A stretch of 64,000 nt of DNA from NCBI RefSeq assembly GCF_009914755.1, contig NC_060937.1, one strand, 5' to 3'. Under the pieces are notes generated by a model. It saw only the letters and a list, made by a program, of their open reading frames with translations, did not search any database and was not told where the DNA came from. Position 1 is the first letter of the stretch; each line of letters opens with the position of its first letter. This DNA comes from the human T2T-CHM13v2.0 reference genome, Homo sapiens. Below, piece by piece: positions 1-13,085 of the stretch. The position numbers and the translations under genes were made by a program.

Positions 1-2069
1 TTTAATTTAGTCCTAAGTTGATATAAGGCAAGTCCTATTCATTTGGCCATTTTATAGATGAGAAAATTATTGAATATCAATAGAAATGACCCCGGATGCT
101 CCACTTTGAGCCCCTCATTTTACACATGAGGACTGGGAGCCATGAGTGGTCACAGCTGGTCCAAAAATATCCAGCAAGGTGGTAACAAGCTCAGGGATTG
201 AGCTCAGTCCCGGGACTCAGTTCTTCTTTCCTTCCCTTATGCTCACTGTGTTCTTTGTTTTTCTGGCTCATAGCACTTAAGAACAGATACAGAAATTGGG
301 GGAAATTAATATTTGACAATGAAAAATAGAGATAGAATGCCAAACTTCAAAAACAGTGACGAGGGAATAAGAAATTGGGGGAACAGGCCATTTTGGAGTT
401 CGGTAAAAACAGGAGAGAGAAGATCCAGACAGAGCCTCCCTTAGAAAAGAGAAGAAACAGAGCTCATGTTCTTACTTTTAACTGCCATATTTATGATCTC
501 CCCTTCCAGGTTCAAAAAGAACCTTGATGGAGAAAATAAACATGAAAAAAACCTCAAAAATGGTTAAGAAATGAAATTTTTACCATTGAAAGGAAAGAGA
601 ATACATGTCAAAAGAGGTAGTATTTTCCTAATTATTAAATAACTTCTAGCAAGACAGTCGGGAATAGGTAAGTGCAAGCAGTGGACTTACGATTGGGTAG
701 AAATCAGGGATTGTGAGATGAAGGTGATTTCGAAAATCAAAATAACAGAGATAGTGGGTAATTTGCTCACCTAATTAAGGCTCAAGTTAAGCTCAAGTCA
801 GTGAAGCTAGTACTTGAATGATGCCTACGGTGAGTGACTGGGGTCAATCTGTGTGCTCTCCTACTCCATCCCATCGTAAGGAAACACATTAAAAGAAAGA
901 AATGGCCAGTTTCTCATCTTTCTTAATGCATCACACGGATCAGATCCAAGCACAAATCTCTCTTAAAGAGCTTGGATAAGCACCACATGGTGCCGAGTAA
1001 AACAGACACAAAGAACCCCAAGGTGGCTTATTTAACTCACTAATTGTTAACTGGTGGGAGGTGGGTGATGGCAGAGAGCAGGAATGGGCCCGCCTTCTGC
1101 ATGAATGAATTCAGCACATGGAATTCATGTTCATATTTACATTTATAGCTTACAGAATTTCTATGTCATTGACCCCAAGCTGATAAACATAATTACAAAG
1201 TTCATTTTAATTTCACAGACTTGGCCAATCTCATCAGTCTCCCCATTAGGTTTTCATATTAAAAGAAAGAGGAGAAAAATGAGAAAGCATATATTTATAG
1301 CCAAGAATAAATATAACAATAATAAAGGAAATAAAAAAGGAAAACGAATCTTGGCACAGTTACTTAAATTTTTCCACCTTTCTCATATGGATGGTTTCCA
1401 AGTTCTACCATTTCAAAGAAAACACCTCATCGAAGAACATGTAATTGCATGTTGTTTCCATTCTTTAAATGGGGGAAATGAAGGCTTTTCACATACACAT
1501 CATCAGCTGTGCCCCAGGAAACCTTCCATTCTTTCCAAATTAGTTTTTGTATCATTAAACCAATCAGCATTAGGTGCTTAGGATTAGTTTCTGGAATAAA
1601 CCCTGAATCATTACCTGTATCATGTATGTAATAAAATCAAATAATGACATCATTATTAGCACATGAGCACTGACCCTAAGTGACCAGGACCAAAAGAAAT
1701 CAGGGCAGTCCTAATACGAATCAGGCAGGATGCCTAATGAAAATCAAACAGCAAGCCTAATAAGAAACAATGTATTTTGCCTCTCTTTCAAATTCACTTT
1801 TGATTTGCTTTTCATGAGAATCCCTGTTTGAAGTGGAGCTCCCGCAGGCTAGAATTCTCAGGGCTAACTTTGAGATGAGTAACTCCCAGGTGGTTCTCTG
1901 GGCCATTTGATCTAGGACAAGAACCACTCACTCATGCAGCAAGTATTTGTTGGGCATTTACCATAACCATAGGTTTCATCGTGGCTGTTTTTCATCCAAC
2001 AAACTTTTACTGAGCGCCTAGTACAAGCAGGGGAGGGTGGTAGGCTCAGAAGCAGAAAGAATAAGAGAT

Positions 2070-2290
2070 GTCATAGACGTTACTTACAGCGTATTCATTG
2101 TATGCCAGGCACAAATACATATTCATTACTGATTAATAATTTAATAATCCCAGCAGCTCCATGAGGAAGTGTATGCTTTATCCCATTTTATAAGTATAGA
2201 AAATAAGGTTCATACAGATTAACAGACTTACCTGAGGTCATACTGCTAGGAAGGGGAGAGTGTGGTGGGAAAAATTCAATCTGTCACCAT
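2070..2290 (-). mobile_element. MIR SINE relic
   Basis: Reverse MIR core: tatgccaggcac...atcccattttataag...ttaacagacttacctgaggtcatactgctag. Confidence 0.7.
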
Positions 2291-2842
2291 CTCAAGCAGT
2301 ACCTTAGATTCAGTTTGAATCATTTGTGATTGCTGATAGTCCACCTTTTTTTGACCTACAGATGACAATTATATTCCCTCTCACCCAGAACAACTCAGGG
2401 TATGGTAAGGAAGATAGAAACATAAACAAAGCACCACAATAAAGGATGGCTTGCAGTCTGATGATCATCCATATCACCATATGCATGCACCCAGCCCCCT
2501 CCACTATCCTGCGGCCTAATCTGCAAGCCCAAATCTCTTCACTTTCTGTCCCCACCTAAAATCCAGCCATGATAAGAGAGCACATAATGTGCTCATCTGT
2601 GTCTGTCTTTATCTTATTCTAAGACTTCAACCACCCTTGTCATAACTCTCATAGGCTAGGTACAGGAAAGGTGCAGGTTTGCCCTGCCCAGGAAGGAGAT
2701 GCAAATATCCTAGACAGAAAGCACATGGTGTGTGTCAAAGGAGACCAAGGCTAAACACATGGAGGATACCAAATAGAATTTTTGCAATATTATTTTATAC
2801 AGAATGTTAAAAGCTTGATCATATGATCAACCTCGAGGTTCA

Positions 2843-2892
2843 TGCCGTTAAAAGTAATGGCAAAAACCGCAATTACTTTTGCACCAACCTAA
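2843..2892. mobile_element. MADE1 (Hsmar1-derived MITE), truncated; one intact TIR
   Basis: tgccgttaaaagtaatggcaaaaaccgcaattacttttgcaccaacctaa matches about 50 nt of the 80-bp MADE1 consensus. Confidence 0.9.
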
Positions 2893-4974
2893 CTAAAAAC
2901 ACATGAACCCTGAGGGAAAATCAGAAACTTATTTCTCTCTGAGGATGATTCCCTATATACGTTACATATGTAAAAATCGATAGGATTGGTTGATTAACAT
3001 AATTATTGCAGGGACTTCATTTTTTGCTTCCAAGACTATCAGCCCCTTGAAAGCAAGGGCCACACCTTTTAATTCTGAATTTTTCACACATTAATTGCAC
3101 ATACTGAAAGTTGTTTGCTTGCTTTATTTGAGTCTCTAATAGTATTTGTAACTACTGGAGAGGTAAACCAGGTAAGAAATTGTGTCTGTAGCCTTGATGT
3201 TTACAATCACAAAAGGGCTGAGTTGCAGGAAACAATGTTTTATCAGTCAACCATTAAAAATATTCCACATGGTATTAGACCTATGCAGAGGCACAACTGA
3301 CCAACGTGAAATACTTCATCTCTTTGGACAACATATCCCGTAAATTATGAAAAGAAAATGGTATTTTATGAGAGCCAGGCAACCTTATTTTCTAGGCAGC
3401 ACATTTCATTCGTATTACAGTTATTAATAGGTCACTTACAGGATTCATAACTGGTGCCACTGAGTGAAGGTACCCACACGTGAACAATCACCGTGGCGAG
3501 GAGTAGTATATCTCAGTTCTTTCCAGAGCAGTAACTTTATCAAAACTATCACAGATGTCCTTTGAACTCCACTCTGACATTTGCTAATTGGATTTTAGGT
3601 TGTGCTCACCAGAGTTCCTATAAGACTTTTTTTAACTTTAAAACTTTCAAAATCTCCTTTTCAACTAATGAATTTTGCCTACCGACATTAGCATTTCCTC
3701 CATGGACTATTGCATGTAAAAGTGCCTGATGGTGCTTTTGTAACTCTCACATCAGCTAGTCTCTTGCATGAGCAAACATATTCAATATTTTTAAAATTAG
3801 AAGTTGAAGAATACACAGGATGAGATGTCACTATAAAGTGAGCTAGGACAGATAATTAAGGATTAAAATCTAAACCATTACCTCTCATGCAAGGTAGAGC
3901 AAGAAGCATGGATGTCTCATCTCCTTAGAGAAATGCAGATACAATGTATCAGATAAGGTATTCTGTAGTTTTCATTACAAAGTTAATATTTATTTTACAG
4001 CATTGAGTTTATCTTACCAACATATCTCATTCAGAAATAGAAGAATTTCTTGATTTACCACATTAAAGTAAATATTGCTGTGAGATACGTGTTAAATTTT
4101 TAATAAAAACCACCCTATCTTTGTTGGATCAAAGAAAGCTCCTTCAGCTGAGATACAAACAAAACCAAATAAAAACACATAATTTCAAATACTGAGCATC
4201 ACTACGCATGTTCACCAGCCTGCCCATGACAATTGCAGTTTTATGTGGCTGAGCATTTTAGAGCTTCAATTAAGTTTATTATAAGTCATAATCTCAGAAC
4301 TAAAATTTCCAATTACCTGTACCTGTAATGCTGACCCACGGGACAGCATTTCAGAACTGCATGTTCCTCGTGCCTGAACCATGCTCCCAAAAAGGTACAA
4401 AAGTGAAATTCAATGTAATTAGATTTACAAACATCATCCTTTGCCTGTGTGGGTATATTTGTAATATAGAAGATTTATTAGCATGGTGTGTTTTCTCTCT
4501 ACAGGATAGAGTTAGATGTAAAAACTTAGTTTGTTTTCACTGATTCCATATTCCTTAAGTTAGCAATAAAAATTCTATTACTGAAAAGCAAAAATAACTG
4601 ATATAGTGATCCTGACTCTTCTCCTTGTATTAAGAAGAATGAGAAGTCAGCAAACCCAGGAAAGACAGTTCTCCCCCTCTCCACCCCTTCATGAAGTGAT
4701 TCCCCACCAGCCTGTAGTTAAGTCTCATGGAATCTCTTTCTCATCCTGAAATATGGATAGGGGGTACAGCACATGACAAAATGATCACAGAAAAGAAGAT
4801 TGCTTCAAATCTTCAGGTTTAGAAGAATAAAGTCAAATCTTAAAAATTATAACATATAAATCAAATAAGTACATTTGGGACAATATAACACCTTGGCGTG
4901 GCCTCCTCTGTGCTGCTCCCTGCAATAGAAAAGCACCATGACCTAAAACTACACACTTTGCCTCCAGACTCCCA

Positions 4975-5180
4975 TGCATTTGCACCTCAGCTCTGTCATT
5001 TATTAGCTGTGTGACCTTGAGGAAGTTTTATAACCTCTCTGTGCTAGGGTTTTCTCATCTATAAAATGGAGATAATAATCATCTCTATCTCCAAGGGTTG
5101 ATATAATAATTAAGTTAATATTTGGTAAGCTCCTAGGAAGAGTCTGGCACATAATAAATGACACTGTATAAGTTTTATTA
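4975..5180 (+). mobile_element. MIR SINE
   Basis: tagctgtgtgaccttgaggaagtt...ctcatctataaaatggagataata...tctggcacataataaatg. Confidence 0.85.
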
Positions 5181-5339
5181 AATACAGTAAAATATTGGTT
5201 CTGCTGGCTCTCTTTATTTATATGATCAGAGAAATTCAAATATTGCCTCTTCCTCTAACTCCATGATTTTTCTCTCCCCCTTTGACCAACTCATAAGCCT
5301 TTTAATCACAAGCAGAGATATTTTTTCTCTTAAAGAAAA

Positions 5340-5540
5340 GCTAACATTTTGTAAACATTCTGTATGTGCCAGGCAATTATCTGTTATCTCATTCAGTCCT
5401 CATAAAATCCAGTGAAGTGAATGCTGTTATTATCCCCATTTGATAGATGAAGAAATGAAGGCATTGAAAAATTAGATAAATTCTGTATGATAACATACTT
5501 CTTATGGAGCAGAACCAGGATTTGAACCCAGGCAGTGTTG
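5340..5540 (-). mobile_element. MIR SINE
   Basis: atgtgccaggc...atccccatttgatagatgaagaaatgaaggc...ggatttgaacccaggcagt. Confidence 0.8.
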
Positions 5541-5642
5541 AAATTTATTTCATAGAAAGAATATATGCCACAGTACAAAAATATTCCCTAATGAATTTAT
5601 GTTTTAAAGAATTATCAAAAATGTTTTAAAAATATCCCTTCT

Positions 5643-6369
<727 letters not shown>

Positions 6370-7105
6370 TAATACTTTTGTAAACTTTTGATAAATGAAA
6401 CCAAAACCAAATTTGAAAATGTCTTTAAACAAAGAAACAAAGAAACATTGAATGCCTACATAATTTTGTTAGCAAGAGAGAGAGATTTTAGGCTGACTGA
6501 ATGCAACATAAAGCTTTTCCTTTAAAAAAAAAAATCCTTTCCTCTTTAAAGTCTAGTTCCATATTTCAGTTAACACACTTTTGTAATCAACAACAAAGTA
6601 GAACTGCATATCCTGCATAAGATCCAGGATTCCATGAAGTCAAAGAAAGTGCTTTGATAAAACTGTTCATACTGTATGCAAAGACAGTAACCAAAACAAA
6701 GTTAAACAAGTCAACAATTGGAGAGGAGAAACATCAATAAGTATGATGACACAAGTGTTTCCAAAGAGACGCATTCAAATGTCAAAGGCTTAAGGGATAC
6801 TCTTGCAAAAACTGATAAAACTCTTGAGTAATTTTACAAAGATTACTTTTATGATTGCACTATGCAAATAAACCAAGATAGCAACTCCTCCTCCAGGGGG
6901 CAGAGCTGAGCTAGCAAAGCACAAGCTGAATTCTGTCCAAAACAGGGAAAAAATTTGATTCATCTTTCGATATTTAGTTGAAAATAAAATTTAAATTTGG
7001 CTAAATGTAAGAACAATTGTGTATATTTTTATAATTCTTAATTTTCTTTTTTAAGATAAAGCCTCACTCAAGTCATTTTTTCCTAATCTGACTTTTGCCA
7101 GGATG

Positions 7106-7372
7106 TTTTTTTTTTTCAGGCTGGAGTGTGATGGTGTGATCTCAGCTCACTGTAGCCTCAAAATCCTGGCCTCAAGTGATCCTCCCACCTCAGCCTCTCT
7201 AGTAGCTAGGACTTTAGGTGCACGCCATGACACTTGGCTAATTTTTTTTTTTGGTAGAGATGGGGGTCTTGCTATGTTGCCCAGGCTGGTCTCGAACTCC
7301 TGGGCTCAAGCAATCTGCCCACCTCGGCCTTCCAAAGTGTGGCCCTTAGAGATGTGAGCCACTGTGCTTGGC
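7106..7372 (-). mobile_element. AluJ
   Basis: J-type features (cactgtagcctcaa, gggtcttgctatgttgcccagg, ctcctgggctcaagcaatc). Confidence 0.88.
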
Positions 7373-7535
7373 TAACCAGCATTTTTAAGTGGATTAACTT
7401 TCAGAAGACTTTTTCTCTCCGGTATCAATCATCCTCAGATAATGAGGTAAGGAGAACTTCCTCTCCTATATTTCTTTGAGAGCTTTCAATAAGTAAGCCC
7501 ATCTAAGTCATAAAAAGATTATAACCAGAGTAATT

Positions 7536-7551
7536 CTGCTATCTGGTGGCA
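7536..7551 (-). promoter_or_regulatory. Possible weak CTCF motif
   Basis: Minus strand GCCACCAGATAGCAG, one mismatch to the CCACYAGRKGGCR core. Confidence 0.3.
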
Positions 7552-7909
7552 AAACAGATAAACAACAAGACCAACAAGGGATTGGGTACCAAAGAAGGGG
7601 TCTAAATCTTTATTACATTTCTTTTAAATGACACAGTTTCTGATCTCAGCCAAAAAGAACTTAAATTTTGTCAAAGAATTATTAACACGAGGGATAAAGG
7701 AAAGAAACTGAAAGGGTAGAATATTATTAAATACTGTGTGCTATGCACTCTGGAAACCATGCATTTCATTTAAGAATAAATTTGAACCATTAAGACCTTC
7801 CTTCACCAATCAAGAACTCTCCAAACCAATTCAATTGCCACAAAGATAAACTGGTCAATTTTCCATTGTTATGTAAATATTTCTTCTGACTTAGAATCAT
7901 ACAAAATGA

Positions 7910-8060
7910 ATTTAAGAGCAGGAAGAGATCCTAAACATCATCTAGCCTGACATTCTCATTTTACAGATGACAAGACAGAATCCAGAGTTAAGTGACTTGT
8001 CTAAGACCATACAACTTGTCAGAGTCAATGTAGGCTCTAGAATCTGCATCTCTCAACCAA
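7910..8060 (-). mobile_element. MIR (MIR3/MIRc-like)
   Basis: catctagcctgacattctcattttacagatgacaagacaga...aagtgacttgtctaagaccataca. Confidence 0.7.
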
Positions 8061-8349
8061 AGGCCAACAGTATTCTTCCTTTTCTCTATGCTGAAAAATA
8101 GTACTATCGTTACCAAAGAGAATTTCAACCAAAGCCCATTTCACCTCACCTGTTCTCCTCAATGAGCCTATTTCTTCCATTTGAAAAGGGGTGGAACAGA
8201 TATGTCAATGGTAAGCTTCATATTGTTTTCCATACTTAAACAGAAGAGTGCCTTAAACCCACAAAGCAGGGCTGCAGGGAAAGCAGCCTGTGGATTTCAT
8301 CCTCCTCTCGCTGCCACAGCCAGCACTCTGGTGCTGAACACAGCCTACA

Positions 8350-8537
8350 CAATGGTTCTCAAAGTGTGATCCCTGGACCAGCATCATTAACATCACCGAG
8401 AATGTGTTAGAAATGCACATTCTTGGGTCCTATCTCTAAGCTGCTGGATGAGAAACTCTGAGAGTGGGACCCCTAACAATGTGTGTTTTAACAAGCCCTT
8501 TGGGTAATTCTGATGCATTAAAACTTGAGAACTACTA
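8350..8537. mobile_element. MER5A (hAT-Charlie MITE)
   Basis: TIRs caatggttctcaa / ttgagaactacta; internal ttagaaatgca...ttaacaagccc; about 190 bp. Confidence 0.9.
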
Positions 8538-9417
8538 GTGTATACAACCAATATAGTGGCTACCTAAATAGAGTCTGATGGTGTTCCACCTGAGAGGTGG
8601 TGGCTGTGATACAGAAGTGCCAGCTTGCTTGGCAAGTGTGTTTTGTTATCTAAATTTTGAAGCACTGGCACAAAACTTTCCTGACAGCAGTTGTTTCGAT
8701 TTGCTAGTGGGAGCCCATTCCAGCCTTTATTCAAGATTTGGGGGATTTTTTGTTTTGTTTTGCTTTATTCTCCACAGATAATATGTCTTCCTATCAAAGC
8801 AGAAATAGATGATCAGAAGAGAGGAGAAATGTCCTAGGAGCGCAGAGACCAGTACAAAAGACATCTCTATTGCCTTCTCTTTCTCTCCTTTCTCTACGTC
8901 CCCCACCTGTAGTTCCATCTCTGCCTGCTGAGCCACAGCCATCTCTTCAACCACAATTGACTCTTTTGTCTCCACTAAATGCTGCTTATGTGGCCCCTGT
9001 CCCTTCAGCTCCCATGACTGCCACCTCCGCCCCTTTTCACTTCACTTTTTCACTGCCGTAACATACACATTTTGGCTGCCAATTTAACTACATGGTCACT
9101 TAGCTTCAGAAGATGAAGTAATCTCATTACCTACAAGAGACTTAAGCCTAGTCAGGTGCATCTATTACAGATTAGAAGACACCCAGGTTTGGGAAAGTTA
9201 AACAAATTATTTGGTATTATTCAGCTCTTCCAATTAGATATATAAGATTGTATTTTTTTCTCTTATGTAGACATTTTACTTGAATCCAGCACTTTAGCCC
9301 CTCAGTAGCATGTTAAAGCTTGATTTTGTCCTTATATAGGTATTCTTCCTAGCTTAGATTCATCGGAAAATTTTTCTAAGCCTGCCTTTTATATTTTCAA
9401 CCAGGATTTGTTAATCA

Positions 9418-9712
<295 letters not shown>

Positions 9713-11719
9713 AGAAGGAAGGAAGGAAAAAAATAAAATGTCAGATACCAGTAAGCACTAAGGAGAAAATGAAGCAGGGAAGGAGAATACAGAGTGCTAG
9801 GGAAGATTACAGTTTTAAATAGGCTGGTCAAGAAAGGTCATTAAGAGGGGTCATTAAGATATTTTAATATCTTTGGAGGCTCTCATGTGTTTTGCTAAAA
9901 CGTCAAGCATTTGTTTGACAGCACTAACCTCTTAGGTAGTTTTTGTTGAGGATTACTAAAAACCATTTGTTTAACCATACATTCTGGAATTTTCTAGAAT
10001 TTAATATCAAACTTATCGGCTTGTACTTTCCTGAATTTGCCCTTTATTTTCTCAGCATCATTGGTAATATCAGCGATTCCAGTAAGAAAACACAACTACT
10101 GGCATATAAAAATAGATAGAACATGTAGTGTCACTTCAGAACTATTTGTTCCCCAATGCAGAAAAATGCCATGAAGTTACCGTTTAGAAAACATGTTTTG
10201 CCCTTCTATGCCCTTATCTACTGAAAGAAAAAATATCAGTGTTTATTATTATTATCATAGCCAGCTTCACAATCTACTAAAAACTCAGCAATAAACTGAA
10301 ATGGCCACATGGATAGGAGAGAAAAATTGTGGGAGGAAAACAGGCTGAACCTTTATAACATCCTTTACAGAGAGCTGTATTCACCTTTTTGTCCCAGCCT
10401 CAACTAGTAAAGGCATAATTTATTTATCTGGAGCACCTCAAGTCAGATATAGTGTCTGCATTGTCCGGGAGATACCTTTTTATGCCGTTTTATGGCTTGG
10501 TTCACACAGGAACAATGAGTTCAAGTAATCTGGCCAAGGTCATATGCTGAGAGTTTCTGGTTTTGTCTATTTTAAAACGGGAGAACTTAATGGTTTCTTC
10601 TTTTTATTGTACTCACCAGAGTCCATCATCTTTCTCTTTACTTCTCTGCCCAATTTTACAGAAAAAAAAAAAAAAAGTCTTGAAATCTTTAACTGCTTTA
10701 ACTGTTTTGGTCATTTTAGTTCTTCCAAATTTGTCAGTAACACAAATTGCTTGACATCTAATATCATTTAGTCACTATAAAATGTTTACAAAAATGAAGC
10801 ATCATTGTTTCCAAAAAAAAGGGGGGCGGGGAATGCTGTGGGGATGCTTGGTAAAACCAAAAAAAATAAAATAAAAACTTCCTGCAGAATAAACAGTATC
10901 TTTGAGTCAGATTTCCCAGGGATTTACACAAAATTTGATGACGTAGCTTTGTTTGGAGAAGATTTCTAGTGATGAGCCAAAAAACTTCAAACTGTACTGG
11001 CTTCTGTGCAATAGAAAATCTTATTTTTTGCTTTCTTTCTATTTAACAGTTTTTCAAAATGATTGCTTCTGACTCCTAATTGTCTCATTGTCTTACTACA
11101 CCAAATTAGAACCTTACTTCTAGAGTTCTTTCTCCAGTCCAAAATTCTGTCCTTTATTTTTTCCTGGTTTTTTAGAACTAGTCCTGGATTCAAACCCTGT
11201 CTTCTTTAGTTATGTGCTGGGTGCTGTGTGTTATTTGAGCCAGTTATTTACCTCTCTGAAACTTACTTTCTGCTAAAATAGCCACAAACAGTACAAAAAC
11301 TCTTTGGATGGTTATTTTGAGAATCAGATAATAAATATGATATTACTGACAGTAATTGTTAAATCAATGTTAGTTTCTTTCTCACCAAAAATTTGCCTCG
11401 TTTGCTTAAAACAATGTTTCTTGTTACAAAAGTATTATAATTGTCAGAAATCTAGAAAATAAAAATAAGTAAAATGAATAAAATTTAAATTATTAATATT
11501 CCTAATAACCAAAGATAATCAGGTTAACAGATTGGGTATATCTTTCCAATCTTTTCTTCTACAGGTACATATAGTACTTACTTTTTTATTATCACTACCT
11601 TAAGTCATTATTAAAGTATAACATACATATGAAAAGTGAATAAAGCAATGACTTTTCACAGTGAACACACCCAATATCACTAGTTTTTGATGTGCTTTTG
11701 GACTTAATGCATGGGGACC

Positions 11720-11960
11720 ATGACGGTGTAGTAGAGGGTTGGAGCCAGGCTCTGAAGCCATACTGCCTGAGGTTGAATACCGCCCAGCAATTTCCTAGTG
11801 ATGTGACCTAGGACACATTATTTAACTGTTTTAGGTCTCTGTTACCTCATCTGTTGAATAATCATCGTTTCGCCCATTATGAAGATTAAATGAGTTAATG
11901 TAAATAATTTCCTTAAAATAATGTGAGACATATAGCACACATACAATAAGGAGAGTAATT
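11720..11960 (+). mobile_element. MIR SINE
   Basis: ggctctgaagccatactgcctgaggttgaat...gtgacctagg...cctcatctgt...gattaaatgagttaatg. Confidence 0.8.
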
Positions 11961-12859
11961 ATTAATATTGTGCAATATCTGGAGAACTTTTTCTCACAAT
12001 AATTAAACTTTCCCTCATGTGCGTGAGAGTCATTTTTTTCTTTAGGAATTTGGTTAGCTCCCTAAATATCTTCTCTGCTTTCCTCATCTGCAATTAGCTA
12101 AATGGAAAGCAATCGTGATCTCAGGATAAGCCTCATGTTTACATTTGAGTTCAGACGCCCTCACCCGGTACCAAGACTGCAAAGCAGCCCCAAATACACC
12201 CTAACCCATCTTTCCAAGCATAAATCCTTTTGCTCCCTTCTATAAGCACTCCTAAATCAAGCTGCTCACTTACCTTTAAATACGTCTTGTTCTTTTCCAT
12301 CTCTGGCTTTTGGGACTTCTATCTCCCTGCTTCCCGGAAATACCTTTTCCTATCATGCTTTCCAAACTCCCCACATCCCTTGAGGTAGAGCTTCCTCTCG
12401 CCTCTGAATTTAGTATTGCCCCCAGTTGGCAATCACCATGCACTGCCGTATTAATATCGTAGCAGTTCACATGTGTATTTGGCACTTATAAAACACCTTC
12501 ACATACAGTGTCTCTTTTGATCTGCCCAACAATCTGATGGGATAAATAAAGCTGTGATTATTATCCTCATTTAGCATCAAGGAAATTGACTCTTGGTCAT
12601 GAAAACACCTCCAGTCCCCACCTAGAATGAAAGTTCCTCCAGACTGAAGACATTATGTTTCTCTTCGTTTTCTTGACCACAAGACATATTTACTCAGGAA
12701 TTGATGATCTACTACTCAAGTAATTGTTATGAATACAAATAGCAAATTTTTCGTGCCTCCTACGTATCTCTGGGCTAAACAGAGATGGTTATCATTTATT
12801 TATTTAACAAGATGTTAAATGTCTACTATGTGCCAAGCACTGCATTCCATCTGTGTGTG

Positions 12860-13085
12860 CTAGGGGTTTGTTAGTGTGCCTATCTTCAGGTTATGTGAAA
12901 GAGTACTGGATTACATGCTAAAAGAACCAAAGTCAACTACTGCCTCTCTGACATACATGCAGACTTCCCTTGTTCATTTCTGGACCTCAATTTCCTCATC
13001 TACAATATGAAGATAATAATCTCTGATCTGACTACATTGCAAGATTATTATGAAGATTAAATAAGGTATGCAAGTTCTTTATACA
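12860..13085 (+). mobile_element. MIR SINE
   Basis: tctggacctcaatttcctcatctacaatatgaagataataat...gaagattaaataag. Confidence 0.65.

Noticed and set aside
1105-1581. 158-aa ORF
   Set aside because: AT-biased composition, no recognisable domain or codon structure; consistent with chance
2843-2892. miR-548-type microRNA gene
   Set aside because: Only one MADE1 arm remains, so the precursor hairpin cannot form
12268-12276. Perfect minus-strand donor AAG|gtaagt (a similar CAG|gtaagt lies at 20899-20907)
   Set aside because: About one such 9-mer is expected by chance on two strands; acceptors are weak and no coding frame is recognisable
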